Shown here: positions 53,136 through 60,782 of the stretch, in pieces
Layout of the letters: every line of letters starts with the position of its first letter
How positions within the stretch are numbered: position 1 is the first letter of the stretch
Source of the DNA: an uncultured Acidimicrobiales bacterium
GTDB lineage: Bacteria; Actinomycetota; Acidimicrobiia; Acidimicrobiales; SZUA-35
NCBI GenBank assembly: GCA_938009905.1
Contig: CALLGK010000027.1
Span: 17,426-81,425, forward strand
DNA: 64,000 bases
Direction: 5' to 3'
The notes under the pieces: generated by a model
The model's input: only the letters and a program-made list of their open reading frames with translations
Told to the model about the DNA's origin: nothing
The model's database searches: none
Program-made: the position numbers and the translations under genes

Positions 53136-53713
53136 TTCACCGGGTCGTCGTTGTCGCAACCCACCCAAAGCCAGAGGCGCTCATTCGTGTTGCCCTCGAC
53201 CGCGTTCTGCGAGCACTCGAAGAACGGGGCGACGAGGTGACATTCCTCGACCTCGATGAGCTCGATTTCGATCCCCGCCTTGGCGCCGACGAGTTCAACG
53301 ATCCGTCACTGGCGCGAACCAACCTGCGTGAGCACGTTGACGCGCTCGAAGGCTGCGACCAGCTCGTGCTCGTGTACCCCACGTGGTTTGGAGGGCCCCC
53401 CGCACGACTTCTCGGTTGGTTTGACCGCGTGGTCCGGCCCGGGGTCGGACTCGACGAGAAGGGCCGGCGGCGCAATATTCATCGCGTCGATGCCGTGACA
53501 ACCCACGGCTCGTCGGCTCGCGTGAACTTTCTGCAGGGCAACCCGGGCCGCGTCATGCTGCATCGCGAACTCTGCAGGCACTGTCATCCCACGTGTCGCT
53601 TTGGATGGAACGCGCTCTATTCGCTCGATCGCATCAGCGACGACGAGTGCGCCTTGTGGCTCGACGAGATCGAGACCAGCTTCGGGCCAGATACCAGCGA
53701 GCCGCCGCCGTAG
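53132..53713 (+). CDS. Flavodoxin-like-fold NAD(P)H oxidoreductase paralogue
   Basis: GTG 53132 overlaps upstream stop (GTGA); VIHRVVVVATHPKPE..., ...LEGCDQLVLVYPTWFGGPPARLLGWFDRV. Confidence 0.7.
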   Translation: MIHRVVVVATHPKPEALIRVALDRVLRALEERGDEVTFLDLDELDFDPRLGADEFNDPSLARTNLREHVDALEGCDQLVLVYPTWFGGPPARLLGWFDRVVRPGVGLDEKGRRRNIHRVDAVTTHGSSARVNFLQGNPGRVMLHRELCRHCHPTCRFGWNALYSLDRISDDECALWLDEIETSFGPDTSEPPP

Positions 53714-53714
53714 G

Positions 53715-54647
53715 TCAGCTCGCCACCAGTGGCTTGTCAGCCTTGGCCGCTCGTCGTTCCTTCATGCGGGCCGCAACACGACCGGTCTTTTCGATGTAGG
53801 TCATCAGCCGTTCCTGGGCCTGTGCACCATCGCCGTCGAGGCCCTCGATATTGGCGATGTCCCAGAATCCGAGCACCACTGGCTCGAGGATGCCTTCGTA
53901 GTGATTCACGAAGTCGTAGATGCCAGCGTTTGCGATCAGCTTCGAGTGACCAGCAAAATCGGGAATGCCGGTGCCCGGCATCGCAAACCCAGTGACCTGG
54001 CGTTCGAGCGCCTGCATCATCTGAGACGGATCGCGCTCAAAGCCGGCCTGCGCGATGTCGCGATAGAAGAGGAAGTGGAAGTTCTCGTCGATCGCGACCC
54101 GGCGCATGATGTCGTAGCCAACTCGATCGTGGGGCTCGATGGCCCGACCGGTGTTGCGGTGCGAGATGCGGGTGGCGAGCTCTTGCAACGTCACGTAACA
54201 CATGCCGTCTGCCGCCGTTGGTGGCTCTGGCACCTCGCCTCCAGACATCTGTGCCATGCGACCCCGTTCGAGCTCGACCGGATCGATCGATCGGCTCACG
54301 GTGAGGTAGTCGCGAATGACCGTGGCGTGCCGGCCTTCTTCAGCCGTCCAGCGCCGGACCCACTCACCCCACGCTCCGTCGGCACCAAACATACGCTCGA
54401 TGTCGCGGAAGTAGTACGGGAGGTTGTCTTCGGTCAGCAGATTGACGAACAGCGCACTGCGGACCTCGGCGGGAAGATTCGCTTCGTCTGGTGACCATTC
54501 GTAGTCGTCTTCGAAGTCGCGTCCTCGGCTCCACGGCACGAAGGTGTGCGGGTGCCATTCTTTGACTTGACTGATGTGTCGTTCGAGAAGCTGCTCGGCG
54601 ACAGGATGAAGATCGTCCAGAAACGCAACGTCGGTGTCGTTGACCAT
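53715..54647 (-). CDS. Acyl-ACP desaturase (soluble di-iron, DesA-type)
   Basis: ...NLLTEDNLPYY..., WVRRWTAEEGRHATVIRDYL (EExRH di-iron motif), ...TLQELATRISHRNT... Confidence 0.85.
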   Translation of the reverse strand: MVNDTDVAFLDDLHPVAEQLLERHISQVKEWHPHTFVPWSRGRDFEDDYEWSPDEANLPAEVRSALFVNLLTEDNLPYYFRDIERMFGADGAWGEWVRRWTAEEGRHATVIRDYLTVSRSIDPVELERGRMAQMSGGEVPEPPTAADGMCYVTLQELATRISHRNTGRAIEPHDRVGYDIMRRVAIDENFHFLFYRDIAQAGFERDPSQMMQALERQVTGFAMPGTGIPDFAGHSKLIANAGIYDFVNHYEGILEPVVLGFWDIANIEGLDGDGAQAQERLMTYIEKTGRVAARMKERRAAKADKPLVAS

Positions 54648-54653
54648 GCGGGC

Positions 54654-54679
54654 AGCCTACCTACTGGTAGGTAGGCTGT
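54654..54679. promoter_or_regulatory. 12-bp-arm inverted repeat in the desaturase/ligase divergent region
   Basis: CAGCCTACCTAC-tg-GTAGGTAGGCTG, perfect arms; 7 nt upstream of desaturase ATG (54647) and 39 nt upstream of ligase ATG (54718). Confidence 0.5.
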
Positions 54680-54717
54680 ATACACCAAGGCCCAAATTCC
54701 CGAAGATCGGGGGCAGA

Positions 54718-55725
54718 ATGGCGTCCGTGGCGGGATCTTCTTCATCCAAAAGGCGAGCGTTTATCGCCCCAATGAAGGCGGTTCCCGGCCACATCCCGCC
54801 CGGCAACGACTGGCTCGCCGAGCTCAAATGGGATGGCATGCGTATGCAGGCCTCTATCGATTCTGCATCGTCGAACGACCGCCGCGTCACCCTGTGGTCT
54901 GGCTCAGGGCGCAATGTCACCTCGCACTTCCCCGAGCTGGCAGGCTTGTCTGACGCCGTCGATCTCGACGCGGTGTTCGACGGCGAAGCCGCCGTGTTCG
55001 ACGGCACTCGGCCAAGCTTCCAACGGCTCCAACACCGCATTCACGTGAGCAACCCAACCAACGTGTTGCTCACAGACCAGCCCGTTGTGTATCTGGCCTT
55101 CGATCTGCTCGCCCTTGACGGACAAGACCTCTTTGACGTGCCGCTCGTTGATCGGCGCCGCCTCTTGCATCAGGTGCTTGACGACGGCGCGTCGTGGCGG
55201 GTTCCGCAGCACAGCGGTGATCCGGAGCAGCTCTTTGCGCTGGCTCGCGAGCACGAGCTCGAAGGCATTATCTGCAAGCGTCCTCAGAGCAAGTATCGAC
55301 CTGGGCGCCGATCTCCAGACTGGATCAAGGTCAAGCTGCGCAAACGCCAAGAGTTTGTTGTTGGCGGCTGGCTCGACGGCACGGGCAGCCTCACGGGAAC
55401 CATCGGCAGCTTGCTGGTTGGGGTGCACGATGGCTCACCCGAAGCGCCGGGCACCGATCTGTTGTTCGCCGGGGCGGTCGGCTCAGGCCTACGTGACGAC
55501 ACCCGCAACCAACTGGCGTCGCTCTTCACGGCGACCGACACGTGCCCGTTTACCCACGTGCCAAAGCTCGACAAGACGCCCCATTGGGTTGATCCCGTTG
55601 CCGTTGTCGAGGTCGAGTACTCGTTGTGGGAAGACGACGCCCAGCTCTGGCATCCATCATTCCGCGGAATTCGGGTCGATCGTGAACCTCACGACGTGGT
55701 CCGAGAGACCCCCGCCGCCGAATGA
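54718..55725 (+). CDS. ATP-dependent DNA ligase (stand-alone ligase domain, LigC/LigD-lig type)
   Basis: Adenylation motif I ELKWDGMR, motif EGIICKRPQSKYRPGRRSPDWIKVK, OB-fold C-terminus; start at ATG 54718. Confidence 0.85.
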   Translation: MASVAGSSSSKRRAFIAPMKAVPGHIPPGNDWLAELKWDGMRMQASIDSASSNDRRVTLWSGSGRNVTSHFPELAGLSDAVDLDAVFDGEAAVFDGTRPSFQRLQHRIHVSNPTNVLLTDQPVVYLAFDLLALDGQDLFDVPLVDRRRLLHQVLDDGASWRVPQHSGDPEQLFALAREHELEGIICKRPQSKYRPGRRSPDWIKVKLRKRQEFVVGGWLDGTGSLTGTIGSLLVGVHDGSPEAPGTDLLFAGAVGSGLRDDTRNQLASLFTATDTCPFTHVPKLDKTPHWVDPVAVVEVEYSLWEDDAQLWHPSFRGIRVDREPHDVVRETPAAE

Positions 55726-55746
55726 CGACGTGAGATACTGCAGCCG

Positions 55747-56088
55747 ATGACTGAGGCCGGCACTGAACACGCGCGCATCGCGTTTCCTGCGACCGCGGAG
55801 TTCGCCTCGGTCGGGCGCGTTGCCGTGGCCGGCATCGCATTGCGGCTAGGCATCGACGTCGGCCAAGTCGAAAGCCTTCGCCTCGCCGTCAGTACGTCGA
55901 TCGAAGCGCTCGCTGGCGACGGCACGGTCACGTTGCTGGCAACGTGGAACGACGATTCGTTCGAGCTTGAACTGACCAACCCCGATGCACCAGGGCTCGA
56001 CGCCAGCGAGCTCGCCGGCCGACTCGACGACCTTGGTATTCCCGTCACCGTCTCGCCGAACAAGGTGACGCTGCTCCTCAGTCGTTAG
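55747..56088 (+). CDS. Small protein resembling the N-terminal part of RsbW-type anti-sigma/HATPase proteins
   Basis: 113 aa; ...ARIAFPATAEFASVGRVAVAGIALRLG...LRLAVSTSIEAL resembles HATPase_c_2 N-terminus but too short for ATP-binding boxes. Confidence 0.3.
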   Translation: MTEAGTEHARIAFPATAEFASVGRVAVAGIALRLGIDVGQVESLRLAVSTSIEALAGDGTVTLLATWNDDSFELELTNPDAPGLDASELAGRLDDLGIPVTVSPNKVTLLLSR

Positions 56089-56108
56089 CCACGCAGGCCG
56101 GTCAGTCG

Positions 56109-56573
56109 CTAGCCGCTAGAGCCAAAGCCGTCGGCACCACGATCGTCTGGCGCCGCGGGCAGTTCATCAACGACGGTGAAGCCCAGCGCCGGAACCGGCA
56201 AGACAAGGAGCTGCGCGATGCGTTGCCCTCGTTCGATGTCGACAGCCGCAGATCCGTGATTCACCAGGATCACCACAAGCTCACCCCGATAGCCGGAATC
56301 GATCAGGCCAGGGCCGTTGGCCACGGTCAGCCCATGCTTGACCGCAAGACCCGATCGCGGCAGCACGAGTCCGCACATCCCTTCGGGAACCGCGATGGCA
56401 AACCCCGTTGGAATCATTGCCTGTTCACCAGGCGCAAACCGATGCGAGATGCGAGCAGGCAGGTCGGCAGCTGCATCACCAGCCCGCTGTCGGCGAGGAC
56501 CCTCAAGATCAGGATCGAGGCGCACGATCGGTACATCAACGGTTGGTAGGCCGTTCGATCCATTCGCAGTCAC
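56109..56573 (-). CDS. dut: dUTP diphosphatase
   Basis: ...GDAAADL..., LVLPRSGLAVKHGL, GLIDSGYRGEL dUTPase motifs. Confidence 0.9.
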   Translation of the reverse strand: MTANGSNGLPTVDVPIVRLDPDLEGPRRQRAGDAAADLPARISHRFAPGEQAMIPTGFAIAVPEGMCGLVLPRSGLAVKHGLTVANGPGLIDSGYRGELVVILVNHGSAAVDIERGQRIAQLLVLPVPALGFTVVDELPAAPDDRGADGFGSSG

Positions 56574-56614
56574 GGGGCGAGCCTAGCGAGCAGTCCCGGG
56601 GCTACTCTGATGCT

Positions 56615-57169
56615 GTGCTCGCCTGGATGGACCTGGAAATGACCGGACTCGACCCGGCGAAACATGTGATTGTCGAGATCGCAACGCTCATTACCGACGA
56701 CGAGCTGAACATCGTCGCCGAGGGCCCAGAGCTCGTGATCCACGCCACAGACGATCAGCTCGCAGGCATGGAACCCGTTGTGGTTGAGATGCACACCAAG
56801 TCTGGCCTGCTCGAACAGATCAAGAACTCGACGATCACGCTTGAAGAAGCCGGCGCCCAAACGTTGGCCTTTCTCAAGGAGCATCTCGAAGAGCGGGCCG
56901 TACCACTCTGTGGGAACTCCATCGGCATGGATCGTCGCTTCCTCGACGCCTATCTGCCAGACATCGAGAACTTCCTGCACTACCGCTCGGTCGACGTCTC
57001 GACGATCAAAGAGCTGTCACGGCGCTGGTATCCCGAGGTACTCAACCAGGCCCCGCGCAAAGCGGTTGCCCACCGAGCGCTCGACGACATCAAAGAGAGC
57101 ATCGACGAGCTCCGCCACTACCGCGAGAGCGTGTTTCGGCCACCGGCCGACAAGACCGCAACCACCTAG
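56615..57169 (+). CDS. orn: Oligoribonuclease
   Basis: LAWMDLEMTGLDP (DEDD exo I), CGNSIGMDRRFL, HRALDDIKESIDELRHY; start GTG 56615 (ATG 56627 alternative); ORF-track extension overlaps dut on opposite strand. Confidence 0.9.
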   Translation: MLAWMDLEMTGLDPAKHVIVEIATLITDDELNIVAEGPELVIHATDDQLAGMEPVVVEMHTKSGLLEQIKNSTITLEEAGAQTLAFLKEHLEERAVPLCGNSIGMDRRFLDAYLPDIENFLHYRSVDVSTIKELSRRWYPEVLNQAPRKAVAHRALDDIKESIDELRHYRESVFRPPADKTATT

Positions 57170-57183
57170 CGCGCCTTCTCTCG

Positions 57184-57909
57184 CTAGCGGATCGACCCGG
57201 TCGCCGCGACACCAGACGGCGTGTGCCACCACACGGTCGTCCGCTCCTCGTTGTCGGCGACCTCGAGTGACACCTCGTCGTCGAGGGTGATCCCAGCGCC
57301 GTACTCGATGACGGCTTGCAGCCTTGGTGGACGACCTCGTTCGGCCAAAAGCTCTTCGATCACGGCCCAGTAGGCGGCGTTGTTCATATGCCGTTGGGTG
57401 TCGAAGTCGACGGCCCGCACCGGCCAGGCCAGACGTCGTCCGTCATCTGCCGACTTGGGAAGCTGATGCGACGCCTTCACCACTCGGTCACCGGCCGCTT
57501 CTCCGTAGAGCTCAATGAACTGCTCGGTGAGTCCGAGCGGGCGGAGTGACGACGGATCAAGGTGAATCCAAATGGAGGCCACCTCGTAGTGGGCACCTGC
57601 CGATCCGACCACGTGAATTCGGCGTTCGGCCCAGCGTCGCCCGAGCCCGCCACAAAACGTCGTGAGCGTGAGTTGTTCGGCCAACGTGGCGTGTTGGTGG
57701 ACATGCACCTCGGTTCGCCGCACGACCCAGGCCGTCGATTCGTCGAGCCGAGCGTCTGTTGTGTCGTCACTCGACACGTCTTGGGTGTATCGAGTCAGTC
57801 CATCAAGGCGAAAACATCCTGAAGGATCTACATCGCCCAGGCGGACCTGACGTGTTGCGGTGAAAGTCCGCCCCAATAGAGGGATTGGGACCATTTCAGA
57901 CGAGACCAC
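57184..57909 (-). CDS. Acyl-ACP thioesterase-like (double hot-dog) protein
   Basis: 241 aa; ...RQVRLGDVDPSGCFRLDGLTRYTQDVSSDD... and second-half ...VDFDTQRHMNNAAYWAVIEE pattern of Acyl-ACP_TE family. Confidence 0.6.
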   Translation of the reverse strand: MVSSEMVPIPLLGRTFTATRQVRLGDVDPSGCFRLDGLTRYTQDVSSDDTTDARLDESTAWVVRRTEVHVHQHATLAEQLTLTTFCGGLGRRWAERRIHVVGSAGAHYEVASIWIHLDPSSLRPLGLTEQFIELYGEAAGDRVVKASHQLPKSADDGRRLAWPVRAVDFDTQRHMNNAAYWAVIEELLAERGRPPRLQAVIEYGAGITLDDEVSLEVADNEERTTVWWHTPSGVAATGSIR

Positions 57910-58038
57910 GAGGGGTAGTAAATCAGGTCTCGGGTACGAAAATCAGTTGACGATCGCGTAATTCGGTTGACACTGTTAGTTGTTCGTAGTTCCCTAACTC
58001 GGGCACGCAAGCCACCCACGCACAGAAAGGACACCAAC

Positions 58039-58263
58039 ATGATGAACATGCTTCAGCAAGTTCCCAGCACGCCGGCCATGGCCGTTGCTCCGCGTTTGGC
58101 GTCCTACCCCGGCTACGAAACCGGCACTGGCATGGGAACTGACACATTTGGTCTCGGTCTGTTTGTGACCGCCATTTGTGAGCACGCCAAGTCCGTCGTC
58201 CGATTCTGGACCGCCAATCCGGCAGCGACGAAGGACCACTCCCAGTGGGAGAGCCCGACCTGA
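58039..58263 (+). CDS. Leader ORF / small protein (74 aa) upstream of the WhiB7-like gene
   Basis: ATG 58039 preceded by aaagga SD; ends 25 nt before a strong intrinsic terminator; no recognisable family. Confidence 0.4.
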   Translation: MMNMLQQVPSTPAMAVAPRLASYPGYETGTGMGTDTFGLGLFVTAICEHAKSVVRFWTANPAATKDHSQWESPT

Positions 58264-58288
58264 TTGTGAGATCACAGGTCAAGGACTC

Positions 58289-58330
58289 GAACCGCTGGGA
58301 GCACAAGCTCCCAGCGGTTCTTTTGTTTTT
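58289..58330 (+). terminator. Intrinsic terminator/attenuator in the whiB leader
   Basis: GAACCGCTGGGAGC-acaa-GCTCCCAGCGGTTC (14-bp perfect stem) followed by TTTTGTTTTT. Confidence 0.7.
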
Positions 58331-58497
58331 CGGCCACAAACGACCGAGAAACGCCGCCAACCAACGAGCCGCCTTGCGGCCAGGACCACACCACCACATG
58401 AACAACCGACACCAACAGCAACCAACACACCAACGAAGAACCACATCACCACCCGTTTGAAGCCCTAGTAGGGGCGAGCAATACCGAGGGGACCCTT

Positions 58498-58929
58498 ATG
58501 ACCACCATCACCATCGATCCAAAGCCTCCAAGTACCGGCACCAGCTTCGGCACGCCGGTCGAGATCGCAAGCACCGACGCTGTGACCTCCGCTAGCACCG
58601 GAGGGCTCAACAGCCCTCTCGCCGAGAGCTGGTGGACTGCAGCTGCTTGCCGTGAGGTGCCGAACGCCGGCGACCTGTTCTTCTCTGAAGAGCTCCAGGA
58701 CATCGCCGCCGCGAAGCGAGTCTGCGCCGAGTGCCCGGCCATTGCGCCGTGCCTCGAAGGTGCCATCACCCGAGGTGAGCCTTGGGGCGTGTGGGGTGGT
58801 CAGCTCTTCCTCAACGGGAAGATCCTGGCTCGGAAGCGGCGTCGAGGACGTCCGCCGAAGAACCCACGGCCCGAGGACCAGATCCCGGACATCCCGGTGC
58901 CTGCGCACCTCCAGAAGCTGATCGCCTGA
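58498..58929 (+). CDS. whiB7: WhiB-family Fe-S transcription factor with C-terminal AT-hook (WhiB7/WblC-like)
   Basis: Cys pattern C-x27-C-x2-C-x5-C (CREV...CAECPAIAPC), GEPWGVWGG turn, AT-hook RKRRRGRPPKNPRP. Confidence 0.85.
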   Translation: MTTITIDPKPPSTGTSFGTPVEIASTDAVTSASTGGLNSPLAESWWTAAACREVPNAGDLFFSEELQDIAAAKRVCAECPAIAPCLEGAITRGEPWGVWGGQLFLNGKILARKRRRGRPPKNPRPEDQIPDIPVPAHLQKLIA

Positions 58930-59214
58930 GCACAGACCAACTGTGCACGATGAGATCGGGCAACGACGCTGCTCTCACACCGACCTCGGTCGGGCCGGAG
59001 CACCTGGTCGAGCCCCATCGACATCAATCAAGCGAACTGCTCCAATCTGGCATCCCTTGCTCTCACTCCGGTGAGGACGAGGGGTGCCAGTGTTGGTTTT
59101 TGGCCCCTCTTTATGCGCAATCTGGCAAGCTTCTGCCGATAGAGGAACGAGCTGTTTCGCTGTTGTTCACCACTTGGGGGAATGGTCCTCTGGGGCAACC
59201 GGTTTGGAGTGCTC

Positions 59215-59823
59215 ATGGACGAAGACGCGCAATCTCACCACGCAGAGCCGTCGCCAGGGGCCGCAACTCGCCCCTGGCTCGTCATTGGCGCCATCGCCAT
59301 CGTCGCGCTCATCGGCGTTCTGGCCCTCTTTGCGACGTCCGAGCCCGCGTCAGACTCCGCTGAACCCAGTGGAGAGTTCGCTGCACTTACCGAGTTTCCG
59401 CTGGCCACCGCAGACGGCTCAGAAGTCACGCTGGCCCTCCACACTGGCGAGCCGATCGTCCTCAACTACTTTGCCGCATGGTGTCCGCCATGCGCTGCTG
59501 AACTTCCAGACTTCCAGGCCGTGAGCGAAGCTCGAATCGACGAAGTCACCTTTGTTGGCATTAGCCGAGACAACGACACCGGTTCGTGGCTCGGGTTGAT
59601 GGAGCAGACAGGCGTGACCTTCCCGAACTACTACGAAGGTGGCGTGCGAGGCAGCTTTGAGCAGGTGCAAGGCCTCGCAATGCCAACCACCGTGTTCATC
59701 ACGGCAGACGGCGAGATCGCTGAAGTGTTCAGCGGTCCCCTCAACCAAGAACTCTTGAACGAGAAAATTGACGAGCATCTCGTCGAAGCGGCAACCCCAG
59801 AAACTGGAGACAACGATGGGTGA
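59215..59823 (+). CDS. resA: Membrane-anchored thiol:disulfide oxidoreductase (TlpA/ResA-like thioredoxin)
   Basis: N-terminal TM (WLVIGAIAIVALIGVLALF), VLNYFAAWCPPCAAELPDF with WCPPC active site; start at ATG 59215. Confidence 0.85.
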   Translation: MDEDAQSHHAEPSPGAATRPWLVIGAIAIVALIGVLALFATSEPASDSAEPSGEFAALTEFPLATADGSEVTLALHTGEPIVLNYFAAWCPPCAAELPDFQAVSEARIDEVTFVGISRDNDTGSWLGLMEQTGVTFPNYYEGGVRGSFEQVQGLAMPTTVFITADGEIAEVFSGPLNQELLNEKIDEHLVEAATPETGDNDG

Positions 59824-60739
59824 TCTATTCGATCCGTTCGCCTTTGGCGTCGGCATGGTGGCGCTGGTGAACCCGTGCGGGTTTGCTCTGCTTCCCGCCT
59901 ACCTCGGATTCTTCCTTGGCCAAGACGATGGCGAGCAGCGACGCATCGTGGCCCTGAACCGAGCGCAGGGCGTCGGTCTATCAATGACCGTCGGCTTCCT
60001 CACCGTCTTCGGCCTCCTCGGTCTGGTCTTCACCGGTCTGTGGCAGGCCATCGTCGAGTGGCTTCCCTACTTCAACGTCCTGCTCGGCATCGGCCTCTTC
60101 ATTCTCGGCATCGCCATGCTGCGAGGCTTCCAACTCGTCATCAAGATCCCCAAGCTCGAAAAGGGCACAGACTCCGCGAGCTTCAGCTCGATGTTCCTCT
60201 TCGGCGTTTCCTACGCCTTGGCATCCCTGTCGTGCACGATTGGTCTGTTCCTCACCGCCGTCAGCGCCAGCTCTGCCTCAACCGGATTCACTGGGCGCCT
60301 CGGTGGCTTCATCTCCTACGGACTCGGCATGGGCCTGCTGGCCAGCGTGCTCACCCTTGCTGTTGCCTTCGGCAAGCGTGGCCTCGTCAACAAAGTCCGA
60401 TCGATTCTTCCCAAGATCAACATCATCTCGGCCGTGCTGCTGCTGATCGTCGGCCCCTACATGATTGGCTACGGCATCTGGGAGATTCAGATCCTCGACG
60501 ATCCAACCACCGTCACTCCGTGGCTCGATTCGATCATCGGCGGCGCTCTCGACTTCCAGTCGTGGATGTCCACCGAGTTCGCCAAGAAGATGACCTTCGC
60601 CGGCCGCACCTTCAGCCGCACCGCCCTCCTCGGCTGGCTGTTCTTCGGCATCAACGCCGTGCTCGTCATCCTCGGCATCAACGCCCGCCGCTCCGGTGGC
60701 AGCCCCGCCGAGCAGAGCAAGCAAACCGCAAACGCCTAA
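59816..60739 (+). CDS. ccdA: Cytochrome c biogenesis protein CcdA (DsbD-family thiol transporter)
   Basis: ALVNPCGFALLPAYLGFF and ...YALASLSCTIGLFL conserved Cys-containing helices; ATG 59816 overlaps resA end by 8 nt. Confidence 0.85.
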   Translation: MGDLFDPFAFGVGMVALVNPCGFALLPAYLGFFLGQDDGEQRRIVALNRAQGVGLSMTVGFLTVFGLLGLVFTGLWQAIVEWLPYFNVLLGIGLFILGIAMLRGFQLVIKIPKLEKGTDSASFSSMFLFGVSYALASLSCTIGLFLTAVSASSASTGFTGRLGGFISYGLGMGLLASVLTLAVAFGKRGLVNKVRSILPKINIISAVLLLIVGPYMIGYGIWEIQILDDPTTVTPWLDSIIGGALDFQSWMSTEFAKKMTFAGRTFSRTALLGWLFFGINAVLVILGINARRSGGSPAEQSKQTANA

Positions 60740-60782
60740 GCCTTCTCCCCCAGCTTCAGCGTTGCACCCAAGCGAGTTCGAC

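Noticed and set aside
49147-53713. Genomic island integrated at tRNA-Lys
   Set aside because: No integrase, recombinase or transposase is present. I could find no direct repeat of the tRNA 3' end downstream. Gene content (cyclases, hydrolase, reductases) and composition look like the rest of the window.
59079-59114. Possible terminator after the whiB gene (GAGGGG...19-nt loop...CCCCTC TTTAT). Also the hairpin GCACAG-accaa-CTGTGC directly after the stop
   Set aside because: The first has a short stem with an oversized loop and a weak T-tract. The second has no T-tract. Neither is convincing as an intrinsic terminator.
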